Virus record (IMG/VR): IMGVR_UViG_3300044513_000576
Location: 1-27,631 of that record
DNA from: a virus
Taxonomy: Duplodnaviria; Caudoviricetes
Strand: one strand, 5' to 3'
DNA: 27,631 nt
Each line of letters starts with the position of its first letter. The stretch's first letter is position 1. A model generated the notes under the pieces. The model was not told where the DNA came from. It was given only the letters and a program-made list of their open reading frames with translations, and made no database searches. The translations under genes and the position numbers were made by a program. Shown here piece after piece: positions 8,731-17,646 of the stretch.

Positions 8731-10830
8731 ATGAACAACGTCAAAGATGCTCTTGCCCGTCTGCTTGCTCAAGAAGACCTCGCTGTAGAGCACAGTGGCG
8801 TTGAGACCGCTCAGTTCAACGTGGAGACCCGTGTCCTGACTCTGCCCATCTGGCAGACCAACCCTGTGATCGTGGACTCTCTGATTGCCCACGAGGTCGG
8901 TCATGCCCTTTACACTCCTAACGACTGGTCCTTTGAGGGTAAGATTCCTCTACAGTATGTCAATATCATTGAGGACATTCGTGTAGAGAAGTTGATGAAG
9001 CGTCGCTACGCTGGTCTTGCTAAGACTTTCTACAACGGATACAACCTCCTCAATCAGGAAGACTTCTTCTCTATTGAAGGCGAAGATATCAGCAAGTACA
9101 ATCTTGCAGATCGCATCAATATCTTTTACAAGATCGGTCACTTTGTTGACGTTTCCTTCTCTGAGTCTGAGAAAGAATTCATTGACCTTTGCAACGCTCT
9201 AGAGACTTTCTCTGACACGTTGGTTCTTGCTGAGCAGTTGTACCTGCACTGCAAAGAAAATGCCAAGGAGAATGCCAACGAAGAGATTGATACCAACAAG
9301 AATACCAACAACTCTACTGCTGGTGGTGGCAGCGACTTCAGTGACCAGCCTTCTGATCAGCAGAGTGGTGATGATATTGATGGTGATGGTGATGAACTTG
9401 GTGATAGCGCACCCCAGTCCTCTGGGCAGTCTGAGCAGACTGAAAGTGGTGGTGATGGTCCCGCAGATGATACTGAGATCAAGACTGCAGAGTCTTTGTC
9501 TGAGTCTCTGAAAGACATTGCTAAGAAGATTCAGTCGGAGTTTGAGGAGAATGTATATCTTGAAGTTCCCAAAATTGACTGGTCTAAGTTTGTTATTCCT
9601 AACAATGAAGTTCATGATCATTGCCAAGGATACTGGGATACCAATGGTTACAGCACAGAAGACTTCTTTTTTGTTGACAAAGAGTACACTCAATTCAGGA
9701 AGTCTTCTAACCAGGAAGTAAACTATCTGGTCAAAGAATTTGAGATGAAGAAGTCTGCAAGTTCTTTTGCTCGCGCTACTACTAGTCGCACTGGTGTTCT
9801 TGACTGCACCAAACTGCACACCTATAAGTTCAACGAGGATCTCTTCAAGAAGGTGACCAACCTTCAGGAGGGTAAGAACCATGCTCTAATCTTTAATCTT
9901 GACTGGTCTGGTTCAATGTCAGATGTTATGGTTCCCACTGTCAAGCAGTTGATTGCTCTAGTTTCTTTCTGCCGTAAGGTTGGTATTGCATATCGAGTGT
10001 ATGCTTTCAGTGATTCTTGGGGAACTGTTTCTGACTATTGGCGTGAGAACTACAACCAGGAATCCAATAAGATCTGGATTCACCCTGACTTCTCTTTCCT
10101 GGAACTTCTGTCTAGTGACAGTAACAACTCAACTCACGAGCGCCAGTGCCGCAACCTCTATCGGGTTGTCAAGACCTTCCAGCGTGGATACTACAATAAG
10201 TATCCTTGCCCCAGGAAGATGGGTCTGGGTGGAACTCCTCTTAACGAGTGTGTTCTGTCGATGCTGCAACTTGCTCCTGATCTGAAAGTCAAGAGTAAGT
10301 GTGAGAAGGTCCATGTGATCAATCTTACGGATGGTGAAGGATCTCCCCTGCACCGCTCCTCCAAGGTACACTATAAGAGTGGTGAGTCTCATATCCACCG
10401 CCGTCCTATCACTGGCAATTGCCACCTGAGGGATCGCAAAGTTGGTATGACCTATAAGTTTAATTTTAATTCTTGGGATCAAACTAATCTGTATGTTCAA
10501 AACTTCCGTGATCGTTTCCCTGAGTTTGAGATGATCTCTATTCGTCTTCTCTCTGGGCGTGATTGGAAGCGTTACATGTATGGTCATGTTCCCGATGATC
10601 AGCAGAATCGTGCTGATCAAGAATGGAAAAAGAACAAATCTTACATCAACCCCCATACTCCCTACACCATGTCTTATCTTCTCCGCAGTGAGGATCTTGA
10701 ATCTTCTACCGAGTTTGAAGTTGCTGAGGATGCATCCAAAGCACAAATCAAGAATGCATTTAAGAAGTCTCTCAGTGGTAAGAAAGCAAACAAGAAAATC
10801 CTTTCTTCCTTTATCTCCCAGATTGCATGA
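8731..10830 (+). CDS. HEXXH metallopeptidase-like + VWA (CobT-like) protein
   Basis: AHEVGHALYT...NIIEDIRVE N-domain; acidic S/G/D linker; MIDAS DWSGS...GGTPL...LTDGE. Confidence 0.85.
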   Translation: MNNVKDALARLLAQEDLAVEHSGVETAQFNVETRVLTLPIWQTNPVIVDSLIAHEVGHALYTPNDWSFEGKIPLQYVNIIEDIRVEKLMKRRYAGLAKTFYNGYNLLNQEDFFSIEGEDISKYNLADRINIFYKIGHFVDVSFSESEKEFIDLCNALETFSDTLVLAEQLYLHCKENAKENANEEIDTNKNTNNSTAGGGSDFSDQPSDQQSGDDIDGDGDELGDSAPQSSGQSEQTESGGDGPADDTEIKTAESLSESLKDIAKKIQSEFEENVYLEVPKIDWSKFVIPNNEVHDHCQGYWDTNGYSTEDFFFVDKEYTQFRKSSNQEVNYLVKEFEMKKSASSFARATTSRTGVLDCTKLHTYKFNEDLFKKVTNLQEGKNHALIFNLDWSGSMSDVMVPTVKQLIALVSFCRKVGIAYRVYAFSDSWGTVSDYWRENYNQESNKIWIHPDFSFLELLSSDSNNSTHERQCRNLYRVVKTFQRGYYNKYPCPRKMGLGGTPLNECVLSMLQLAPDLKVKSKCEKVHVINLTDGEGSPLHRSSKVHYKSGESHIHRRPITGNCHLRDRKVGMTYKFNFNSWDQTNLYVQNFRDRFPEFEMISIRLLSGRDWKRYMYGHVPDDQQNRADQEWKKNKSYINPHTPYTMSYLLRSEDLESSTEFEVAEDASKAQIKNAFKKSLSGKKANKKILSSFISQIA

Positions 10831-11354
10831 ACATTTTCGCAACGGACTTTTGTCCACGGAGGTCTGCTCAAGTCCTCCCTGATAAACATGTAGTCAAGAT
10901 GCCACTTGAGTGTTGTCAGATGATTTCCATCGTATACTCCAAGTGGTATCATGACTGGGGTGTTGTTCCCAGAAAAGATTCAGAACCGTATCAAACCAAG
11001 GGTGGTGCTTTTCGCAATCATCCTTGTACCAAGTGGGCAGCAGATAATATCTACAACCTTGCTTGGTTAATTGTACATGGTTGTGCCTTGACAACGGAAT
11101 ACACTTACAGATATAATAAGGTACACGCTTGTGCCCATAGTTTATTTGAGGCAAAGAAGCTGTTCCATCAGAAGACTAAAAGGGCGATTATTATCTATCG
11201 TAACGTGGAGGGATTTGCGCGAGCAATGCCAGACGAGTTCAAACTCGATACTAGTATCGACGACCTTACGGCATACAAGATGTATATTGCATCTAAACCT
11301 TGGGTGTCTTCAAATTATCTGCGTAAACCCGATCGTAAACCTGACTGGATATGA
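10827..11354 (+). CDS. Pyrimidine-dimer DNA glycosylase/endonuclease V-like protein
   Basis: MNIF......A..L.DKHVVKMPLE..Q.....H.NHPCT.W......EY.YRY.K.H...AMPDE...AY..Y. Confidence 0.75.
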   Translation: MNIFATDFCPRRSAQVLPDKHVVKMPLECCQMISIVYSKWYHDWGVVPRKDSEPYQTKGGAFRNHPCTKWAADNIYNLAWLIVHGCALTTEYTYRYNKVHACAHSLFEAKKLFHQKTKRAIIIYRNVEGFARAMPDEFKLDTSIDDLTAYKMYIASKPWVSSNYLRKPDRKPDWI

Positions 11355-11686
11355 GACACATTCTTTTTACTTTGAAAAATTGTTCTGCTGTTCTTCTAGA
11401 TGATGAGCAATACATTAGGGATGTAATCTATCATGCAAGTGTAAAGTGTCAGTCTACTTTGCTGGCACTTAACTCACACAAGTTTGACCCCCAAGGTGTA
11501 ACTTGTGTCGCTATGCTTGCTGAGAGTCACATCAGCATTCACACTTGGCCAGAGATGGGCATGGCAGTCTGCGATGTATTCACATGTGGAGAACACACTA
11601 AACCTCAAGACGGAGTTGAATACATGAAACAGATGCTCCATGCGGACAACATAGTGAGTCAGGAGTTCGTCAGACCACTTGCCTAA
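11351..11686 (+). CDS. speD: S-adenosylmethionine decarboxylase proenzyme (class 1b)
   Basis: H.F.PQGVT...LAE^SHISIHTWPE...A.CDVFTCG pyruvoyl self-cleavage motif. Confidence 0.9.
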   Translation: MRHILFTLKNCSAVLLDDEQYIRDVIYHASVKCQSTLLALNSHKFDPQGVTCVAMLAESHISIHTWPEMGMAVCDVFTCGEHTKPQDGVEYMKQMLHADNIVSQEFVRPLA

Positions 11687-11752
11687 CTGGCACACCCCCG
11701 TCTAGCAGCGGGGGTTTTTCGTGTATCGTATATACATACCAATGAGGGAACC
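11672..11752 (+). promoter_or_regulatory. Palindrome + hairpin + -10 promoter element, copy 2 (upstream of the AAA+ gene); the hairpin may also terminate speD
   Basis: CCACTT-N4-AACTGGCACAC; ACCCCCG/CGGGGGT followed by TTTT; TATCGTATATACAT; GAGGGAACC SD. Confidence 0.7.
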
Positions 11753-11756
11753 AAGC

Positions 11757-12854
11757 ATGTCCAACTTCGTCAACGAACTTCGCTCTGAGTACGGTCAACA
11801 CGTCAGTGCTGCTGATGTGAAGGCGTTTGCACGTAGCAAGAATGTTTCTTATCCGACTGTCACTCGTCAGATTGAACAGTACAAAGTTAAGCGTGGCACT
11901 TGGAATCTGACTGTCCAGGAAGCGCGTGAGGTTCTCGAAAAGTCTGTGTCCATCGAAGTTCCCGAGCAGGAAGATCAGTGCTTTATCCCCGATAAAGATC
12001 ATCAATATGTCCCGTTCGGTAACTTCTCTGATGTGAAGAAGATCATCCAGTCGAAGCAGTTCTATCCTGTCTTCATCACTGGTCTCTCTGGTAATGGTAA
12101 GACCCTTTCTGTGGAGCAGGCATGTGCCAATCTCAACAGGGAGTTGATCCGTGTCAACATTACCATCGAAACTGACGAGGATGATCTTATTGGTGGTTTC
12201 CGTCTTGTTAATGGCGAAACTGTCTGGCATAATGGACCCGTCGTGGAGGCTCTTCAACGTGGAGCAGTGCTGCTTCTAGATGAGATTGACCTCGCTTCCA
12301 ACAAAATCCTGTGTCTCCAGTCTGTACTGGAAGGCAAGGGTGTATTCCTGAAAAAGATCGGTAAGTATGTCCGTCCTGCTGTTGGTTTCAACGTGGTTGC
12401 TACTGCTAACACTAAAGGAAAAGGTTCTGACGACGGTCGCTTTATCGGCACGAACGTCCTCAACGAAGCGTTCCTTGAGCGGTTCCCTGTGACCTTCGAG
12501 CAGGAGTATCCCACCGTCGCTACTGAACTTAAGATCCTTGAGGGTATCGCTCTGGATCTTGGTGTTGAGGATCGTGAGTTCTGCAAGAGTCTGGTTGACT
12601 GGGCAGACATTATCCGCAAGACCTTCTATGATGGTGGTATCGATGAGGTGATCTCCACCCGTCGTCTGGTACACATCATCCGTGCCTACTCCATCTTTGG
12701 AAACAAGGTGAAAGCAATCCAGACTTGCATCTCTCGCTTTGATGCTGAGACCAAGCAGGCATTCGTGGAGTTGTATGACAAGGTTGATGTTGATGTAAAC
12801 TTTGATGAGAAAACCAATGGATCTGTGGCATCAGTACAAGAAGCTCCTTTTTAA
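11757..12854 (+). CDS. cobS: MoxR/CobS-like AAA+ ATPase
   Basis: Walker A GLSGNGKT, DLIGG, Walker B LLLDEID, ATANTKG.G, NEAFLERF, ISTRRL; ATG 11757 follows the SD. cobS is the conventional cyanophage label only. Confidence 0.88.
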   Translation: MSNFVNELRSEYGQHVSAADVKAFARSKNVSYPTVTRQIEQYKVKRGTWNLTVQEAREVLEKSVSIEVPEQEDQCFIPDKDHQYVPFGNFSDVKKIIQSKQFYPVFITGLSGNGKTLSVEQACANLNRELIRVNITIETDEDDLIGGFRLVNGETVWHNGPVVEALQRGAVLLLDEIDLASNKILCLQSVLEGKGVFLKKIGKYVRPAVGFNVVATANTKGKGSDDGRFIGTNVLNEAFLERFPVTFEQEYPTVATELKILEGIALDLGVEDREFCKSLVDWADIIRKTFYDGGIDEVISTRRLVHIIRAYSIFGNKVKAIQTCISRFDAETKQAFVELYDKVDVDVNFDEKTNGSVASVQEAPF

Positions 12855-13437
12855 TACCTTCCCTGACTTCGAGAACGTTTGTGACTGGGCAGACTGGGAG
12901 GACAACGGCACCTCCCTCTCCGCCAAGATCTATAACAACAAATACGTTCTCAAGTCCAGGGAAGTTGAGATTTGGGATGGAAAGTCCTGCATCTATAACA
13001 ACATCATCTATCCAAAGACGGGTGAGAATCTACCCTGTTTCGGGATGGATCTGATGGGTTTCTTTGATAAGAAAGTTATCTTGGTGTTTGACTTCCAGCA
13101 TCCAGTTGAGAATCATCTTTTCTCTGTTCCAGATCTACCCAAGGCAGAAGGCACATTCCGATTCTTTGAACCTGGCAACCACTTCTCTGAGAATGTGTAT
13201 GTTGCCAAGTGTACGATGAGTGAAGTGAATGATCATCTTGAGATGTTCTCTCGCTACTTGACCAAGTACAAAGATATGATAGAATGTAGTTGTCCACTTG
13301 GTACAGACACTTCTGTCTACTCCGACTTCGACAGGTACATGAAAGATCTTGATCCTGTCGGTGGTTACCTGTCTAGCAAATTTGGGAAGGAGAAAGCAGA
13401 GAAACTTGTAAACGAATTCTTATTTTGCTATGACTAA
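12817..13437 (+). CDS. pebS: Phycoerythrobilin synthase (ferredoxin-dependent bilin reductase)
   Basis: IYN.I.YPKTG..LPCFGMDLM.F..KKVI.VFDFQHP...RFFE.GNHFS...YSDFD.YM..LDPV.GY...KFG, closely matching cyanophage PebS, with both catalytic Asp residues. Confidence 0.92.
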   Translation: MDLWHQYKKLLFNTFPDFENVCDWADWEDNGTSLSAKIYNNKYVLKSREVEIWDGKSCIYNNIIYPKTGENLPCFGMDLMGFFDKKVILVFDFQHPVENHLFSVPDLPKAEGTFRFFEPGNHFSENVYVAKCTMSEVNDHLEMFSRYLTKYKDMIECSCPLGTDTSVYSDFDRYMKDLDPVGGYLSSKFGKEKAEKLVNEFLFCYD

Positions 13438-13858
13438 TTCCTGGTCTCTACTTTATGACGTTATGAACGAAGACAAAATTGTTTTGAATTACGACCGAGA
13501 TCCTGTTGTTGATTTCAATTCAAGTCCCACGATTTCTATCTCTGGTGACGTTGAACCTACTCTGCGAAAGAAGTTTAAGTACGAAGAAGATACTATTGTT
13601 CGTGAACTTCTTGAGTATATCACTAACACATATCGTCAGCATTACTCCGCTGGTGATGATGCCATCCAGACTCTCGATCTGATCGAAGCATGTGGAGACG
13701 GTGAAGCATTCTGTAGGAGTAACATTCTGAAGTATGCTTCGCGCTATGACAAGAAGGGCACTGCTCGTATGGACATCATGAAGGTCCTGCACTATGCAGT
13801 TCTTCTGCTACACTTTAATGATAAAAACGCCAAACGTGAACACTATGAGACTTTCTAA
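13430..13858 (+). CDS. DUF3310-like protein (T7 gp1.7-related, putative nucleotide kinase family)
   Basis: TY..HY.....IQ.LD.I...G.G..FC..N.LKY..RY.KKG....D..K..HY. Confidence 0.65.
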   Translation: MTNSWSLLYDVMNEDKIVLNYDRDPVVDFNSSPTISISGDVEPTLRKKFKYEEDTIVRELLEYITNTYRQHYSAGDDAIQTLDLIEACGDGEAFCRSNILKYASRYDKKGTARMDIMKVLHYAVLLLHFNDKNAKREHYETF

Positions 13859-14513
13859 GAGCACCCTCGACATCCTGCGAAACTTTTCTTCCATCAACCA
13901 GTCGATCTGCTTTAAGAAAGGAAACCTTCTTTCCACTCTTTCCATTCAGAAAAACATTCTCGCTCGTGCTGTTGTAGAAGAAGACTTTCCTAAGGACTTT
14001 GCTATCTATGATCTCAGTGAGTTTATTTCTGCACTCACTCTGTTTAAAGATCCTGAGTTTGATTTTTCCAATGAGAGTTATCTGCTGATCCGAGACTCTC
14101 GCAACAAGACTCGTTACTTCTTTACTGATCCCTCTGTGATCACAACTCCTCCCGACAAGAAAGTGGAACTTCCATCCAAGGATGTTTGCTTCCATATCTC
14201 CCAGTCGGACCTTGCTAACATTACTAAGGCAGCTGCCATTTATGGTGTTGAGGACTTGTCTGTGGTTGGTGACGGTAAGAAGATTGACCTTGTTGTCCGT
14301 GACAAGAAGAACGATACCTCCAATAACTATGCTATCAGTGTTGGTGAGACAGACGCTCAGTTCTGTTTCAACTTCAAGGTTGAGACCCTGAAGATTATGC
14401 CTGGTGACTACTCTGTTGTTGTCAGCAAGCAGAATGCATCGCTCTTCCGACATGCTACACTGGATCTAGAATACCTTATCGCACTTGAACCTGACTCTAA
14501 GTATGAAGGATGA
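13845..14513 (+). CDS. g45: Sliding clamp gp45
   Basis: MRLSKSTL.IL.NFS.INQSI...IYDL.EF...N.K...G.Y...IALE; precedes g44. Confidence 0.94.
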   Translation: MRLSKSTLDILRNFSSINQSICFKKGNLLSTLSIQKNILARAVVEEDFPKDFAIYDLSEFISALTLFKDPEFDFSNESYLLIRDSRNKTRYFFTDPSVITTPPDKKVELPSKDVCFHISQSDLANITKAAAIYGVEDLSVVGDGKKIDLVVRDKKNDTSNNYAISVGETDAQFCFNFKVETLKIMPGDYSVVVSKQNASLFRHATLDLEYLIALEPDSKYEG

Positions 14514-15447
14514 TTTTCTGTGGGTTGAAAAGTATCGCCCACAAACCATTGAGGATTGTATTCTTCCCGAAGAAACGAAGAATACTTTCCAATCTTTTGT
14601 TAACACTGGGGAGATCCCCAACCTTCTGCTCTGTGGCACCGCTGGCATTGGTAAGACCACGGTTGCCAAAGCACTTTGTAATGAACTTAATGTAGATTAT
14701 TATGTCATCAATGGATCCGACGAGGGTAGATTCCTCGATACTGTCCGAAACAATGCGAAGCAATTCGCTTCGACCGTATCACTTACGTCGTCTGCTAAAC
14801 ACAAGGTTATTATCATTGATGAAGCAGACAACACGACCCACGACGTACAACTCCTCCTACGGGCGTCTATTGAGGAATTTGCAGGCAATTGCCGTTTCAT
14901 CTTTACCTGCAACTACAAGAACAAAATCATCGCGCCGCTACACTCCAGGTGCTCGGTCGTTGACTTCTCAATCGGCAAAGCAGACAAGCAAAAAATCGCT
15001 GCAAACTTCTTCAACCGTATCAGGTCTATACTTGAGGGCGAGGGTGTTACGTTTGATCCGAAGGTTCTTGCAGAAGTAGTACAAAAGTATTTCCCTGACT
15101 TCCGTCGCACTCTGAATGAGTTGCAACGCTACAGTGTTAGTGGTACAATTGACACAGGACTTCTGGCGAACATCGCTGAGGTTCGAATGGAATCTCTCAT
15201 GGATGCACTGAAGAACAAAGAGTTCTCAGTTGCTCGTAAGTGGGTCAATTCCAATCTTGACAACGATCCTAATGTAGTTCTTCGATCGATCTATGAAAAC
15301 CTTTATCATGTACTCGAACCCGTATTCATTCCTCAAGCGGTTCTCATCATCGCTAAGTACCAGTATCAGTCTGCTTTCGTTGCCGATCAAGAGATCAACC
15401 TTCTGGCAGCTTTGACTGAGATTATGGTGGAGTGTAAGTTCAAATGA
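14503..15447 (+). CDS. g44: Clamp loader large subunit gp44
   Basis: LWVEKYRP, GTAGIGKTT, IIIDEAD, PLHSRC, FPDFRR RFC-type motifs. Confidence 0.96.
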   Translation: MKDDFLWVEKYRPQTIEDCILPEETKNTFQSFVNTGEIPNLLLCGTAGIGKTTVAKALCNELNVDYYVINGSDEGRFLDTVRNNAKQFASTVSLTSSAKHKVIIIDEADNTTHDVQLLLRASIEEFAGNCRFIFTCNYKNKIIAPLHSRCSVVDFSIGKADKQKIAANFFNRIRSILEGEGVTFDPKVLAEVVQKYFPDFRRTLNELQRYSVSGTIDTGLLANIAEVRMESLMDALKNKEFSVARKWVNSNLDNDPNVVLRSIYENLYHVLEPVFIPQAVLIIAKYQYQSAFVADQEINLLAALTEIMVECKFK

Positions 15448-15812
15448 ACTTGAAGACAGCAAAAAAATTGATGGCAAATGTTTCTTATAGTCAAAGTAGA
15501 AACAGAGTAAATAATCGTCCAGTCAAAGAAATTCTTTTGGATGAAGGTTTATTGATTAAAAAGTTTGACGAACAAGATGGAAAATGCTATTGGTCTGGTT
15601 TGCCCCTTAAAGAGGAATATAACTACATCAAACATCATCCACTAGCAATTAGTGTTGAGCGTCTTGATAATCAACTTGGATATACTTATGACAATACTGT
15701 TCTGACTAGAAGATTATATAATCTTGGTAGAATGGCGTTTCCTGAGGATGAGTTTAGAAAGGTATTAAAAGAAATGAATACTGAGATTATGATGAGTTGT
15801 GAATTAAAATGA
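15444..15812 (+). CDS. Putative HNH/His-Me-like endonuclease, possibly a free-standing homing endonuclease
   Basis: Q.GKCYWSG..L...S.ERLDN..GYT.DN..L.....N pattern; visibly AT-rich; ATGA overlaps on both sides. Confidence 0.55.
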   Translation: MNLKTAKKLMANVSYSQSRNRVNNRPVKEILLDEGLLIKKFDEQDGKCYWSGLPLKEEYNYIKHHPLAISVERLDNQLGYTYDNTVLTRRLYNLGRMAFPEDEFRKVLKEMNTEIMMSCELK

Positions 15813-16657
15813 AATCTTTGAAGACACCTCTTAGATATCCTGGTGGTAAGTCCAGGGCACTGACTAAACTCTTGAAGTATCTTCCTAGTCGGGATATCAC
15901 TGAATATCGTGAACCCTTTCTCGGTGGTGGTAGTGTTGCCATTGAAATGACCAAGCGACTTCCTAAGGAAGTTCCTATCTGGGTAAACGATCTATACGAA
16001 CCTCTGTATAATTTCTGGGTAACCCTTCAGAAAGAAGGTCCTGAACTCCAGAGCAAACTCCAGCAACTAAAGTCCAGGTATCCAGATCCAGGTTCCGCTC
16101 ATGGACTTTTTCTAGAAGCAAGGGACATTATCAATGACGGAACAAAAACTAACCAAGAGCGAGCTGCTGCTTTTTATATTGTTAACAAGTGCTCTTTCTC
16201 TGGTCTTACTGAATCTTCCTCCTTCTCCAAACAAGCCTCCGACAACAACTTCACAATGCGAGGGATCCTCAAACTAAACGAGTATTCCCAAATCATTAAA
16301 CGTTGGAAGATTACTAACCTCTCCTACGAGGAACTTAAGTCTGATGATCAACTTACATTCATGTATGCTGATCCCCCATACAATATCAAAGATCTTTTGT
16401 ATGGGAAGAAAGGTCAAATGCATAAAGGATTTGACCATGCCAAATTTGCTGATGTTATGGACTCGTGCCTCTGTAATGTCATGATCTCTTACAACGATCA
16501 CCCTGATATCATCGAGAGGTTTCTTGACTGGTGCCAGTATGATTATGAGCACACTTATACTATGCGATCCACAGGTACATACATGTCGGATCAAAAACAA
16601 CGTCGTGAATTGATTCTTACTAATTATGGGAAGTTTAGGGGTGCGTGTACTCCCTAG
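15809..16657 (+). CDS. dam: DNA adenine methyltransferase (Dam/D12 class)
   Basis: PLRYPGGKS, YREPFLGGGS, VNDL, YADPPY, MISYN motifs. Confidence 0.92.
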   Translation: MKSLKTPLRYPGGKSRALTKLLKYLPSRDITEYREPFLGGGSVAIEMTKRLPKEVPIWVNDLYEPLYNFWVTLQKEGPELQSKLQQLKSRYPDPGSAHGLFLEARDIINDGTKTNQERAAAFYIVNKCSFSGLTESSSFSKQASDNNFTMRGILKLNEYSQIIKRWKITNLSYEELKSDDQLTFMYADPPYNIKDLLYGKKGQMHKGFDHAKFADVMDSCLCNVMISYNDHPDIIERFLDWCQYDYEHTYTMRSTGTYMSDQKQRRELILTNYGKFRGACTP

Positions 16658-16838
16658 TGGGTACTGCAGTTTGTATCATACAAAGCGAGGAGTTCTCTGT
16701 ACATTTTGTCCGAACTCCCAATATGCTATTATTAATGGAAATGAAATCCACATCACTCTGAAGAGTGGTTCTGTTGCTATCTACCAAATCAATAGCAGCG
16801 GAACTGGAGTTACTGGTCCCACTCGTGTATTCCACTGA
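16626..16838 (+). CDS. Hypothetical protein
   Basis: 70 aa ORF filling the gap between dam and g62, with its stop coupled to the g62 start. Confidence 0.6.
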   Translation: MGSLGVRVLPSGYCSLYHTKRGVLCTFCPNSQYAIINGNEIHITLKSGSVAIYQINSSGTGVTGPTRVFH

Positions 16839-17224
16839 TGACAGTTGAACTTAAAGATTGGTTGAACAGTATCAACTATTCCAAAGGAAACATCTTGGAT
16901 GAGGATCCATCTCTAGAATCCGATTATCCTCCTTACATTGTTAACAGATGTTTGTCTGGGTTTGTGGACACCATTCTTCTCGCTAATGAGATGAATGTCC
17001 ACTCTCACCTTGACAAAAAATTACAATACGATTTTTATATAAATATCGTAAGAAAACGGAAACGTTTTACCCCTTGGTTGAAGAAAGAAAAATTTGACGA
17101 TCTTGAGCATGTAAAACGATACTATGGTTATAGTAACGAAAAAGCACGGATCGCACTGACTCTTCTAACTCAAGACCAACTTGAATTCATAAGATCTAAA
17201 AATGATATGGGAGGAAAAAGATGA
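16838..17224 (+). CDS. g62: Clamp loader small subunit gp62
   Basis: WLNSIN..K...YPPYIVNRCLS...ANEMN...QYDF.....KRKRF.PW...YYGYS.EKA. Confidence 0.92.
   Translation: MTVELKDWLNSINYSKGNILDEDPSLESDYPPYIVNRCLSGFVDTILLANEMNVHSHLDKKLQYDFYINIVRKRKRFTPWLKKEKFDDLEHVKRYYGYSNEKARIALTLLTQDQLEFIRSKNDMGGKR
17038..17045 (+). promoter_or_regulatory. Perfect T4 late promoter inside g62, candidate late promoter for regA
   Basis: TATAAATA about 175 nt upstream of regA. Confidence 0.5.
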
Positions 17225-17646
17225 TGGCGATCACTGATCAGGAAGTCCAATGGACTGCCGAAGATATGGTGGAAGTCTCTTTGAATGAACCTGATGACTT
17301 TCTTAAAGTGCGTGAGACATTGACTCGTATTGGAGTTGCTTCTCGTAAGGAGAAAAAACTTTATCAGTCTTGTCACATTCTTCACAAGCAAGGTAAGTAT
17401 TACATCGTCCACTTCAAGGAACTGTTTGCTCTGGATGGCAAGAAAGCAAATCTCAGCAGCAATGATGTTCAGCGTAGGAATCGTATTATCCAACTCCTCT
17501 CTGATTGGGGTTTGATTACTATCTCCGTCAAGGAGTCTGTTGCTGATGTAGCACCACTGAGTCAGATCAAAGTTCTGTCTTTCAAAGAGAAAGGCGAATG
17601 GACTTTGGAGAGTAAGTACAACATTGGTAAAAAGAAAACGGCGTGA
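17221..17646 (+). CDS. regA: Translational repressor RegA
   Basis: PDDFLKVRETLTRIGVASRK.K.LYQSCHILHKQG.YYIVHFKELFALDG. Confidence 0.97.
   Translation: MMAITDQEVQWTAEDMVEVSLNEPDDFLKVRETLTRIGVASRKEKKLYQSCHILHKQGKYYIVHFKELFALDGKKANLSSNDVQRRNRIIQLLSDWGLITISVKESVADVAPLSQIKVLSFKEKGEWTLESKYNIGKKKTA

Noticed and set aside
9290-9480. GGTGAT-rich quasi-repeats
   Set aside because: They encode the acidic Gly/Asp/Ser linker of the VWA protein and are not a DNA repeat array
9199-10857. Long minus-strand ORFs (9199-9882, 10129-10857) and similar ones opposite the AAA+ gene, g45, g43 and mazG
   Set aside because: Shadow ORFs antisense to well-supported genes, with no recognisable motifs; explained by codon bias
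11757-12854. Cobalamin biosynthesis role implied by the cobS label
   Set aside because: No cobN or other cob genes in the window, and the partner carries a peptidase-like domain; treated as a generic MoxR AAA+
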